From the NCBI RefSeq assembly GCF_009914755.1, contig NC_060940.1: a stretch of DNA of 64,000 nucleotides. One strand, written 5' to 3'. Of this stretch, positions 24,452 to 64,000 are shown one piece after another. Position 1 is the stretch's first letter, and each line of letters begins with the position of its first letter. The DNA is from the human T2T-CHM13v2.0 reference genome, Homo sapiens. Below the pieces are notes generated by a model, which worked only from the letters and a program-made list of their open reading frames with translations, did no database searches and was not told the DNA's origin. The position numbers and the translations under genes are program-made.

Positions 24452-25238
24452 TCAGTCTCCCAAGTAGCTGGGACTACAGGTGCCCATCACCACGCCCTGC
24501 TAACTTTTGTATTTTTTTAGTAGAGATAGGGTTTCACCATGTTGGCCAGGCTGGTCTTGAACTCCTGAGCTCGGGTGATTTGCCCGTCTCGGTCTCCCGA
24601 GGGATTACAGGCGTGAACCACTGCGCCCAGCCCAACGAGAACTTTCTTTACAAAAACAGGCACTAGTGTTGCGATGGTTGTACACTTCTGTGAATATACT
24701 AAAAATCAGTGAATTATACACTTAAAATAACAAACAAAAAACAGGTGCTGGGCTGTATTTGGCCCACGGACCATAGTTTGCTGATCTCTGGTCTAAACAG
24801 AGCCCTTTGTATGTGCCTTTTGCGGAAGTAGACTGTATTTCTTCAATTTTCCATATACTGCAAATGGCAAGGTGCCCTGTTCAATAAGGAAACAAAGGCA
24901 CACCCTGCCACTATACACCTTTTCCATCCATCTTGTTCCTTTACACTGCCAAGACACTCCATTCCACCTGACTGCCCCAGCCCCACCCACTTTCTCCTTA
25001 TTTCTAGAGTACAGGACATAAACATCTTTGAATCTGCAAATAATGTGAATAATTTTCCTCAAAAATCAAGCTTTCATGTTTGAAGAAGAGTTTATTGTGA
25101 CTTCAAACATAAGCTGTAACTGGTAATAAGCGAAGCAGCTATGGAATTATACAAGGCAATCCAATCAAACAACATGGAGCACACTGAAGCGCAAACATCA
25201 AATTTTACCTTTTTCCTCCTAAAAACTTTATTCCCTAA

Positions 25239-25590
<352 letters not shown>

Positions 25591-25694
25591 TAAAAATAAT
25601 GTTTTTCAACTCTGTGTGGTCCAATAGGAAGAAGAAATACACAAACCATAAACAATAAATACAAATCAAGAGCAGGGCCACGTCGAATTACTTA

Positions 25695-26776
<1,082 letters not shown>

Positions 26777-27210
26777 TATGAATGTTCCTAGGGAAAAAAA
26801 GACAGCCAAAATATAAGACCATGTATAAGAACTAACTTCAGTAGACAGAAAGAAAAAAGTACCAGGGGAAGAAGAAAGAGACCGCATTTTAAAACAACTA
26901 TACAAATTTGAGCTGTAAGAAACACTGACATTTTCTATAAGCATGCTAGAGCAAATGGGAGAAATTCATAAGACGTTTTCTAGAAAATAAAACTAATATA
27001 AAAAAACTTATCAAGATTTGTCAAGGAAAAAGAAGAAACGTTAAATATAATGGCAAGAAAACATTCCTACCAATTTTATTTATCCAGGCATGTCTTAAAT
27101 ATGGCTGTTTGTTACATACAGTGATTCTGCAGACATGTTGACATGACAGTGAAATACATAAATATGTAATGAGAAAAGGCTTAACTGTGGATAAAACAAA
27201 GTCATTACAA

Positions 27211-38044
<10,834 letters not shown>

Positions 38045-38533
38045 GGCGGCAGTCCAGCTGGAACGGCAGCCCAGCAGGGACACAACCCCAGCTCGGGCGC
38101 CGGCCACGCTACCTTGCTGCCTTACAGGAGCCACTTCCGCTGGAAAACTCACTTCCGCCCTTACTAAGGCGTACGTCAACGCAGTACTTCCGCCCTCAAG
38201 CAGCCGGGCTTTCCAGCGGTCCAGGCTTTTCGCGCTTGCCATGTGTCAGCCAATCAGAGCCTGAGGAAGGTGGGACTCGGGCGGAGCCGATGCTGAATGG
38301 TACGCGCTCGCCGACTGGACAGCAGTCTGGCTTCCGCGGTCGGACTTCTACACCCGCCTCCAGACAGGAGAGGGGCACGTACCGGCGCTACGGCTTCCTG
38401 CAGGCTGCCTCCGGATAGTCCCCGAGAGCTTGTTCCGAAGCAAGCACCCTGCAGCCCTAGCGATCCAGCCCTCCCCTGGACCCTAGGTCACGGCAATCAA
38501 CCCCCTGCTGTGGTTCCCGAACCCCAAGGCCCG
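38045..38533. promoter_or_regulatory. Bidirectional CpG-island promoter shared by BOLA2 and SLX1
   Basis: Divergent ATGs ~490 bp apart in a CpG-rich stretch (~37800-39700). Three ACTTCCG ETS/GABP-like motifs (38133, 38151, 38186), CCAAT at 38250, GC box at ~38279. Confidence 0.8.
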
Positions 38534-48429
<9,896 letters not shown>

Positions 48430-49010
48430 TAAAGTATGATTTTTGAGTCAGGCACAGTGGCTCATGTCTGCAATCCCAGCGATTTGGGAGGTTGAGCTGG
48501 TAGGATCACAATAGGCCACGAATTTGAGACCAGCCTGGTAAAATAGTGAGACCTCATCTCTACAAAGATGTAAAAAAATTAGCCACATGTGCTGGCACTT
48601 ACCTGTAGTCCCAGCTACTTGGGAAGCAGAGGCTGGAGGATCATTTCAGCCCAGGAGGTTGTGGATACAGTGAGTTATGACATGCCCATTCACTACAGCC
48701 TGGATGACAAGCAAGACCCTCCCTCCAAAGAAAATAAAGCTCAAAATAAAATATGATTTGTGTTCATGTAGAGCCTGTATTGGAAAGGAAGAGAAACTCT
48801 GAGCTGAAAGAGTGAATGCCCGGTGGGGCCACATATGGTCACCTCTCCCCCAGCCTTCAGCTCCCCAGGTCACCATATCTGGGGAGGGGAGAAGGGTTTG
48901 GAGAAGTAAAACCCAGGAGATGTGTGGAGGGGGGATGTCTGTTTAATCCCAGCACATCCTCTGCTGTCCTGCCCCAAGATGGTGGAGGACGTCGAGTCCG
49001 CCGGGCAGCG

Positions 49011-49531
49011 TCACTTTTTCTTGGGCTCCTTAGAAGCTACCAGGTACCTCTGGGCCACACTGAGATGAGGGGAGTAGCCGTCTGCATAGGAGGTGTCTTC
49101 AAACAGGATAGAATAGTCCTCCTGGGGCTGTGGGGCAGGTGGACAGGAAGGGCAGAGAGCAGCCCCGGGGCTGGTGTCACTCACTTGTTGGTGGCATGGC
49201 TGTAACTGACCACCTCGGCCAGGATCCACTGCTCATCCCCATCCACGGCCTTCACCCGGGCAGCCACCTTGTCTCCAGGTCTGGCCACGTAGTCTCCTGA
49301 GGCAGGGATGGCCCCACAGAGGGGTGGGGGCCTGTGAGTGGAACAAAGGATCAGTCCCAGCCCCTGGGCACCAGCCCCTTCCTCGCAGCTGCTGCCCTCA
49401 CTTGTCACCAGGCTTCCCAATCCACAGGGGCAGGGTCATGGCCGACTGCTGCAGCAGGGTCATCAGCACCCCTCTGCGCATGGTCTTCCGGGGTGGCTCC
49501 AAGTCATTGTAGAGACCCGCGATCTTGGCCA
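49011..49531 (-). pseudogene. SGF29 (CCDC101) 3' remnant with internal exon loss
   Basis: Exons 49402-49531 (KIAGLYNDLEPPRKTMRRGVLMTLLQQSAMTLPLWIGKPGD), 49185-49331 (PPPLCGAIPASGDYVARPGDKVAARVKAVDGDEQWILAEVVSYSHATN), 49011-49127 (PQEDYSILFEDTSYADGYSP...KEPKKK*). ATTAAA (minus) at 48942-48947. Confidence 0.9.
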
Positions 49532-49859
49532 CTGTGGGAAGAAAGGGAGGCCTGAGGCCCCAGGGACAGGGGCTGGCCCTGACCCCCCAGCATGCTGAAC
49601 TGAGCTGCTGGAGGAGCACCTGGGAGCCCCCAGCTCCCGAGTGAGCCCGAGGGCACAGCAGGACTGTGACCTGATCTGCCAGGTGTCCTACAGGGGCTGC
49701 TGCGCTCAACTACATATGGGTGAGACGGCAGCACACCAGGCACCCAGGGGAAGGAACCAGGGAGGGACAAAGCGGGTTCTGAGGTGCTGGTGAGGTTCTC
49801 TTCTTGATGTCGGTGCTGACACAGAAGTGTGTTTCGTTAGTGAAAAGTTCCTAAAATTC

Positions 49860-51929
49860 GAAGGGTCCCGCGGGAATCGGGGCGAGGCCGGGTGCCTCTT
49901 CAGCGTCCAGCTGCTCTACTGCCTGAATCCCTGGTACCCGGGCCCTGTCTACGTGGGGCTCACTGTCAACCCTGTTCGTCCAGCAGCACAATGGTGGCCG
50001 CAAAAAAGGCGGGGCTTGGCGGACCATTGGCCGAGGTCCCTGTTAAGAGGGGGAGGGTCTCTGTGCCCGGAGGAAGGCTCCCTGGAGGAGGCGGAACCGG
50101 GGGGCACAAGCCTGCTGAGAGGGACCCACTAGGTCTGTGACGTGCGCGGGACGTCCCGGGCGAGGCCTGTTGGTGGGGGGAGGCTGTCGCAGGGGAGGAG
50201 CCTAACGGGGAGGCGGTGCCCTGGGAATCTCGGCGTTAGAACTCCGGAGAGCAGCTGGCTGAGGCGAGGGTGATGATCCAGGCTGGGGTCCAGCGCAGGG
50301 GTCTTGGGGGGCACGCTGGGGTCGGGTGGAGCGCAGGAGGGAGAGGAATGAGAACAGGTGGGTACCTGGGCTGGAGGCGGGACCTGAGGTGGGCAGGTGC
50401 AGGGGGCGTGCCTTCAGGCAGTTGCGGGGCCAGGGCTCGGCTGAAGCTGGGAGTGAGGACCCCGTTCTCCGGTGGGATAGGAGGGGACCCGCGATGCTGG
50501 GCTGCGCTGGCGGTAGGGCGCGGCGGGGCTCACAGGAACATTCCTGTTCTCCTCCCCATGGAGATTGTGCTCGTCGTGCACGGCTTCCCATCCGCCGCGG
50601 CCGCCCTTCGGGTAAAGAAGAAGACCGGGCGGCGGCCTGTGGCCTGGATTTGGGGTCCGACCCCCGCCCGGAGCCGCCTTGACTCCAACCCCGCCGCGGT
50701 TGGAGGGGGCCTGGCACCCCCGCCCTGGGCGCTCCTCCCGGTCCCGTTGCGCCCCGACCTCCGTCAGCCGCACGGCACTGGCCACTGACCGTCGGGCCTC
50801 CTCCGCCCCAGGGCGCCGCGCAGGTCCCTTTGCTGACGCCGAGCCTGAGCCTGAGCCGGTCCCGGGGTCCAAGAGGGCTGTGTGCACCCTGCGCGTCCGC
50901 GCGCTCCAGGGGAGGTGCGCTCCAGGGGAGGTCCGCCCCAAGCAGAGCGGCACATCCTCCAGACGACTTCGGATCCTGCTGTTGAGGAGCCAGGAAACGC
51001 CCTGACACTGTTGCGGCCCTGTCCACATCTCTAAGATGGGGATGGATGATAGTACTTCTGGCCATTCCTGAGCACAGCAGGACCTGCCTTTTCCCTTTGA
51101 CTGGAAGGTTCTTCTCTACATCTTCAGTCTTGATAACCTGCCACCTCCACAGGGAGGTCTTCCCTGGCTCCCAATTTAAAATTGCAGCTCTGAGAAGCCG
51201 GGCATGGTGGCATATGCCTGTAGTCCCAGCTACGGGGGAGGCTGAGGTGGGAGGATCGCTTGAGCCCAGGAGTTGGAGGCTGAAGTGAGCTATGATCACT
51301 CCATTGCACTCCAGCCTGGGGGAAACAGCAAGACCCTGTCTCTAAAAAAATAAAATACAATAAAATTGCGGCTCTTTCTTGTGCACTTCCCTGCCCGCCC
51401 CCCTTTCCTGAACCCTTATTATTTTCTGCCATACTACAAATTTTATGCATCTCATTAAACCCCTTCCGAACCTGTGTACTAAACTGCCTGGGGGCAGCTC
51501 TCATCACTGCTGTAGAACAAAGTCCCACATAGAGCCAATGGCCAAGAAACAGTTAATAAAATAACAGACGATGGTCCTGGCCTCTACTGTGAGTGAGTAA
51601 AGGGCTTGCCCTGCAGAGATTCAGTGATCTGGCGGGGGTTGCTGAGCTATGAGGAAGTTCAGATCTGGCTGCAGGGGTGAGGCTGTGACTCAGTCAATCA
51701 CTGCCCATGCTCACAGGACACTGGCCAGCTTAGTCCCTGGGGGCAAGGATTTTACCCCCCCCCCACCTCCATTTCCTCATCTCTAAGATGTGAATAATCG
51801 TCGCCCCTGCCTCACAGGATTGAGCTGTGTAACCCCCCTCCCACCTTTTTTCTATGCCATCCACTGCGGGTCTGGGGCTTTTTACTGGAATGCAATACAA
51901 AGTCTGAGTCAAGGGTGCCTTCTGTTGGT

Positions 51930-51930
<1 letters not shown>
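49860..51930 (+). pseudogene. Degenerate SLX1 paralog (exons 1-3 remnants, intron 3, 3'UTR; exons 4-6 missing)
   Basis: Collinear with 38534-42020 but diverged. Start ATG reads AAG, exon 1 is frameshifted with donor GT>TT (~50043), exon 3 is shortened, and intron 3 is joined directly to the 3'UTR at ~51830. Confidence 0.9.
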
Positions 51931-54777
<2,847 letters not shown>

Positions 54778-55785
54778 TGTGGGCGGCAAGCCACCCAGGC
54801 ACCGAGGCAAGAGACAGAGGACACGATCTGTTCCAGTATAATAAAATATAAAACAAGAATAGTTATACCAGATATAGATCTTAGATATGATTATATATGA
54901 ATATCATTAATCATTAGTTTGTAGCAATTACTTTTTCTTCCAATATTATAATAATCCTTGCTCTATAATCATAGCCTAGGAAAAACCAGGCCATACAGAG
55001 ACAGGAGCTGAAGGGACATAGTGAGGTGTGACTGCAAGACAGGAGTGCGAGCCTTCTGTTATGCCCGGACAGGGCCACCAGAGGGCTCCTTGGTCTAGCG
55101 GTGACGCCAGCGTCTGGGAAGACGCCCGTTACCAGGCGGATCGTGGTCCAGCGGTAGCAAAAGGTGTCAAGAAACAACACCCGCTACTCAGCAGACCAGG
55201 AAAGGGGGGTCTCCCTTTCCCTGGGGGAGTTTAGAGAAGACTCTGCTCCTCCACCTCTTGTGGAGGGCCTGACATTAGTCAGGCTCGCCCGCAGTTATCC
55301 GGAGGCCTAACCGTCTCCCTGTGATGCTGTGCTTCAGTGGTCACACTCCTAGTCCACCTTCATGTTCCATCCTGTACACCTGGCTCTGCCTTCTAGATAG
55401 CAGTGGTAAATTAGTGAAAATACTAATAGTCCCTGATATGCAGAAATAATGGCATAAGCTGTCTTTCTCTTTGTCTCCTCTCCCTCTCTGCCTCGGCTGC
55501 CAGGCAGGGAAGGGCCCCCTGTCCGGTGGACACATGACCCACGTGACCTTACCTATCATTGGAGGTGACTCACATTCTTTACCCTGCCCCTTCTGCCTTG
55601 TATCCAATAAATAACAGCGCAGCCCGACATTCGGGGCCACTACCAGTCTCTGCACATTGGTGGTAGTGGTCCCCCGGGCCCAGTTGCCTTTTCTCTTGTC
55701 TCTTTGTCTTGTGTCTTTATTTCTACACTCTCTCATTGCCGCACTTAGGGAGAGACCCACCGACCCTGTGGGGCTGGTCCCTACA
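54778..55785 (+). mobile_element. LTR13-family (ERVK) solo LTR, ~1008 bp
   Basis: TGTGGGCGGCAAGCCACCCAGG...GGGGCTGGTCCCTACA with TG...CA termini and AATAAA at ~55606. No matching TSD. Confidence 0.87.
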
Positions 55786-58800
<3,015 letters not shown>

Positions 58801-58850
58801 AAAAGGCATTCTAATTAAGTTGTTGCTTTTTTTTTTTTTTTTAATTCCAG

Positions 58851-59141
58851 AGCGGACTGATGTACTGGCCCTTAGTACAGGTGAGTTCCGCCTGCTCAGT
58901 AATATGAACTCAGGGCTTTGGTTTCCATGTGGCCCTAATGGACTCACTCTCCCTGTTCCAGCTAACCAACTTCAGCCTTGTTCCTGTTCAATGGAGAACA
59001 GCTTACGCTGGAGTCTGTGGTTTTCTCTGGGCCACCTTCATCTGTTTTTCCCAGCAGAGCGGTGACGGCACATTCAAGTCAGCTTTCACCATTTTATATA
59101 CAAAGGGGACCAGTGCCACAGAAGGGTCCCCGGAGAAATGA
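58851..59141 (+). pseudogene. MPV17L partial duplicate (last two coding exons)
   Basis: AG|58851-58880 SGLMYWPLVQ|GTGAGT, and AG|58962-59141 LTNFSLVPVQWRTAYAGVCGFLWATFICFSQQSGDGTFKSAFTILYTKGTSATEGSPEK*. Matches the Mpv17/PMP22-family MPV17L C-terminus. No 5' exons seen. Confidence 0.87.
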
Positions 59142-59617
59142 GAAGTCAAGGACTCTCTTAAAGGGACCACATTTTGACCTAAAATGCACAGAATTGCCTG
59201 CAGACAAAATATTTGATGTGCCAATTATGCACTTCATTTTGAGGAATTACTACTATTTATAGACCCACTTTTAAAAAAATTATCAATGATTATTTTTTAA
59301 TTGTATTCAGACATTTTTTCCTGATCTAGTCTGAAATATTACTTCTCTAATATTTTGGTTAATATGAATAACAGTGGCAAAATGGCATTTTAGAATTATT
59401 AATATTTCTAATATTTTAATGCAAGTTTCAGGAAACTTGGTTTCTTGGTTTTGATTGTTTACATTTCTATTCTAAAATCTCAGGTTATCTCCTGAACACT
59501 TTTGGACAGATGAAGTTTTACACCAAAAAATAGTTCTTAGAGTGAATTTTAATTTACATAGAACTCAATCGAAATGAAGATTTAATAACCAGATTTCTTT
59601 CCCCAAAACATACATAA

Positions 59618-59782
<165 letters not shown>

Positions 59783-60280
59783 TAGGACTACAGTCGCCCA
59801 GCACCACGCCCAGCTAACTGGTGGTGGTAGAGACAGGGTTTTACCATGTTGGCCAGGCTGGTCTCCAGCTCCTGACCTCGTGATCCGCCCTCCTCAGCCT
59901 CCGAAAGTGCTGGGATTACAGCAGTCAGCCACTGCGTCCTGCCCCCAAATTTGCTTTGCATGGAGAAAACTCTAACAAGTCCTCTTGAACACAGTTTTCT
60001 GATAACCCAGATCAATGAACTACCCAGGCTTCACCACTATGCGATATAGGCATGTGAGAAACTCGTACTTATACCCCCTCAATACATTAAAACTAAATAT
60101 ATATATATATATTTTTAAATCAATGGGCCAGGTGCAGTGGCTCACGCCTGTAATCTCAGCACTTTGGGAGGCCAAGGCGGGTGGATCACTTGCGGTCAGG
60201 AGTTCCAGATCAGCCTGGCCAGCCCGCCTCTACTAAAAATACAAAAATTAGCCAGGCGTGGTGGTGCATGTCTCCCACCA

Positions 60281-60772
<492 letters not shown>

Positions 60773-61012
60773 TAAATATGCTACTTTTCTACCGATAAAA
60801 AGACAAAATGGAATTTAAATCTGGCCTGGACTTCTCAAAAAAGTCAGTGTGATGAAAACATGTTCTAGATAAAACAGAAATGAGACTGGGCATGGTGGCT
60901 CATGCCTGGAATCCCAGCGCCTTCGGAGGCCAAGGCAGGAGAATCACTTGAGGCCAGGAGTTTGTGAACAGCCTGGGCAACATAGTGAGACCCCAGATCT
61001 ACTAAAAATTTA

Positions 61013-61491
<479 letters not shown>

Positions 61492-62089
61492 TCAAACACA
61501 ATGCATCAACCTCCCGGAGCCATATAAACCCTAACCCTAACCCAGGAAGCAGGCAAGCCTGTGTGTGAGTTTCCACTCTATTGCTGGTACCACTCGGCTC
61601 TGGCAACCCGGAAGGCCACCTTCCCCTGTTGTTACTGTGTAAGGAGGAAGGAGCACTGGTTTGCAAGTCAGAAGCCTGGGTTGAAGCCTCTGCTCGGGTT
61701 CCTGCTGGCTGTGGGAATGTGGGGTTACCTTTCCTGGCTGGCCTCGTTTCCTTCATGTCCAATGCAGGGGTTCCAGTCACATGCATTGGGCACCATTACA
61801 TGTCCAAGCTGTGCCAGGATCTAGAAAAATGGCTGGACTCAGGCCAAGGGGCCTTCCTGTCTGGCAGTGAAAATAAGAGGAGATACCAAGGGCCCTGAGT
61901 CTGGAGGGGAAGTCATGAGCACAGGGCAGTGCCAGGGCCCGGGAGCTGCCACAGAGGAGCCCACCTTGGTGACAGACACCTGTAGGCACATCCGTGATGC
62001 CCAGTGCCCAACACAGGGAACTGGACAAACGTTTCATGCACGACTCTTTTTTCCCTTCTTGGCTACCTTGAGGACCTTGATTATAATAG

Positions 62090-62248
<159 letters not shown>

Positions 62249-62663
62249 TAGGCTCAGCTAATTTTTGTATTTTTACTACAGATGGGGTTTCACCATGTTG
62301 GCCAGGCTGATCTTGAACTGCTGACCTCAGGTGATCTGCCCACCTGGGCCTCCCAAAGTCTTGGGATTACAGGTGTGAGCCACTGAGCCCAGCCGGATTA
62401 TAATAGCCTTTTCATGCACCAGGGGCTTTATACTCATTATCTCATTTCATTCATATGAGTTGAAGTCAGCTTACCCCCCATTTCACAGATGAGGAAACCA
62501 AGGCCCAGAGAGGTTAGGAATTCGTCCAAGGTCACACAGCTAGGAAGTAGGATTCAAACCCAGACAGCCAGGCTGTAACACCTAGGCTCTTCTCAGGCTC
62601 ATGCCCTTCCCAGGGGTCTGGGAAGCCCTGACCTGCAGCCTGTCACCTTCGTTTACCCCCCAG

Positions 62664-62814
62664 CCTCCAGGATATTATGTGTGCACCGGCGTGGGATCCT
62701 GGAACTGGCAGGAATTGTGGGTTGTGTTAGTCCCTAGACTCCCATCGCCTATACGAAATATGGTTCCTTTTGTGGCTTGGGAGGCCATGGCCAGCCCTGC
62801 GATGCCATTGACTG
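62664..62814 (+). pseudogene. PLA2G10 (group X secreted phospholipase A2) pseudo-exon
   Basis: AG|...SRILCVHRRGILELAGIVGCVSP*TPIAYTKYGSFCGLGGHGQPCDAID|GTGAGT. Contains the propeptide RR|GIL and Ca-loop region. In-frame TAG at 62735-62737. YGC has become YGS. Confidence 0.9.
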
Positions 62815-63039
62815 GTGAGTGCATGCCTGGGACCAGGCTACAAAATCCCTCACACTCTGGGGTAGTCAAGGCTTATGAGGAAGTACCCAAAACTGAAGCT
62901 GGGGTTTGGTCCAGGGAGATCCCAGTGTGCAGTACTACTTTGCAGGCAGGCAGAGGCCTCTTGGATAACATGGCCAGTGAAGCCAGATCTTGGTACCAGC
63001 TGCCCCTTACCCTGGCCATGGGCTGAAAACGTTGCCTTA

Positions 63040-63414
<375 letters not shown>

Positions 63415-63476
63415 TCACTGGAGCCCAGGAGTTTGAAACGAGCCTAGGCAACAGAGTGAGACCCTGTCTCTATATT

Positions 63477-63478
<2 letters not shown>

Positions 63479-63542
<64 letters not shown>
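63479..63542. repeat. (AC)32 microsatellite
   Basis: Perfect dinucleotide run read directly. Confidence 0.98.
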
Positions 63543-63545
<3 letters not shown>

Positions 63546-63671
63546 GGCAGCCAGACTATGCACTAGGAACTGCCCTGGGAATCCCTTTGTGTTCTCACAA
63601 CAATCCCATTTCACAGATGAAGAAACCTAGGCACAGAAATATTCAGTAACGTGTCCAGGTGCGGTGGCTCA

Positions 63672-63982
<311 letters not shown>

Positions 63983-64000
63983 TTAGTTACCAAGACGTGG

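Noticed and set aside
50202-51299. 365-aa minus-strand ORF
   Set aside because: Starts in an Alu and runs antisense through the GC-rich SLX1 pseudogene. No evidence of coding function.
61525-61543. TAAACCCTAACCCTAACCC telomere-like motif
   Set aside because: Fewer than three full units, plausible by chance, and no junction evidence.

Overview
Human (hominid) genomic DNA, very Alu-rich, recognisable as a 16p11.2 segmental-duplication mosaic. It is most likely the telomeric BP4-type copy or one of its tandem units, because CORO1A is truncated and SMG1P lies next to BOLA2. From left to right: nested L1PA / HERV-H env / LTR7 / Alu; 19 exons of an unprocessed SMG1 pseudogene (minus); a duplication junction at ~32985 into the 3' end of CORO1A; an AT-rich palindromic tract; intact BOLA2 (minus, 86 aa) head-to-head with intact SLX1 (plus, 275 aa); intact SULT1A3/4 (plus, 295 aa); an SGF29 3' remnant; an older degenerate SLX1 + SULT1A-upstream copy cut off by LTR13; MPV17L exons 3-4; a truncated SVA; and a PLA2G10 pseudo-exon. 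I found no wholly new biological system. The most notable items are a 217-codon BOLA2-SMG1P fusion ORF reconstructed by hand (a readthrough of this kind is already known), a perfect 13-bp fold-back palindrome at the duplication junction, a ~700-codon spliced frame still open in SMG1P, and duplicon junctions lying in retroelements that lack target-site duplications. Family names come from recalled sequence similarity, not database searches. Most ORF-track entries are Alu artefacts.
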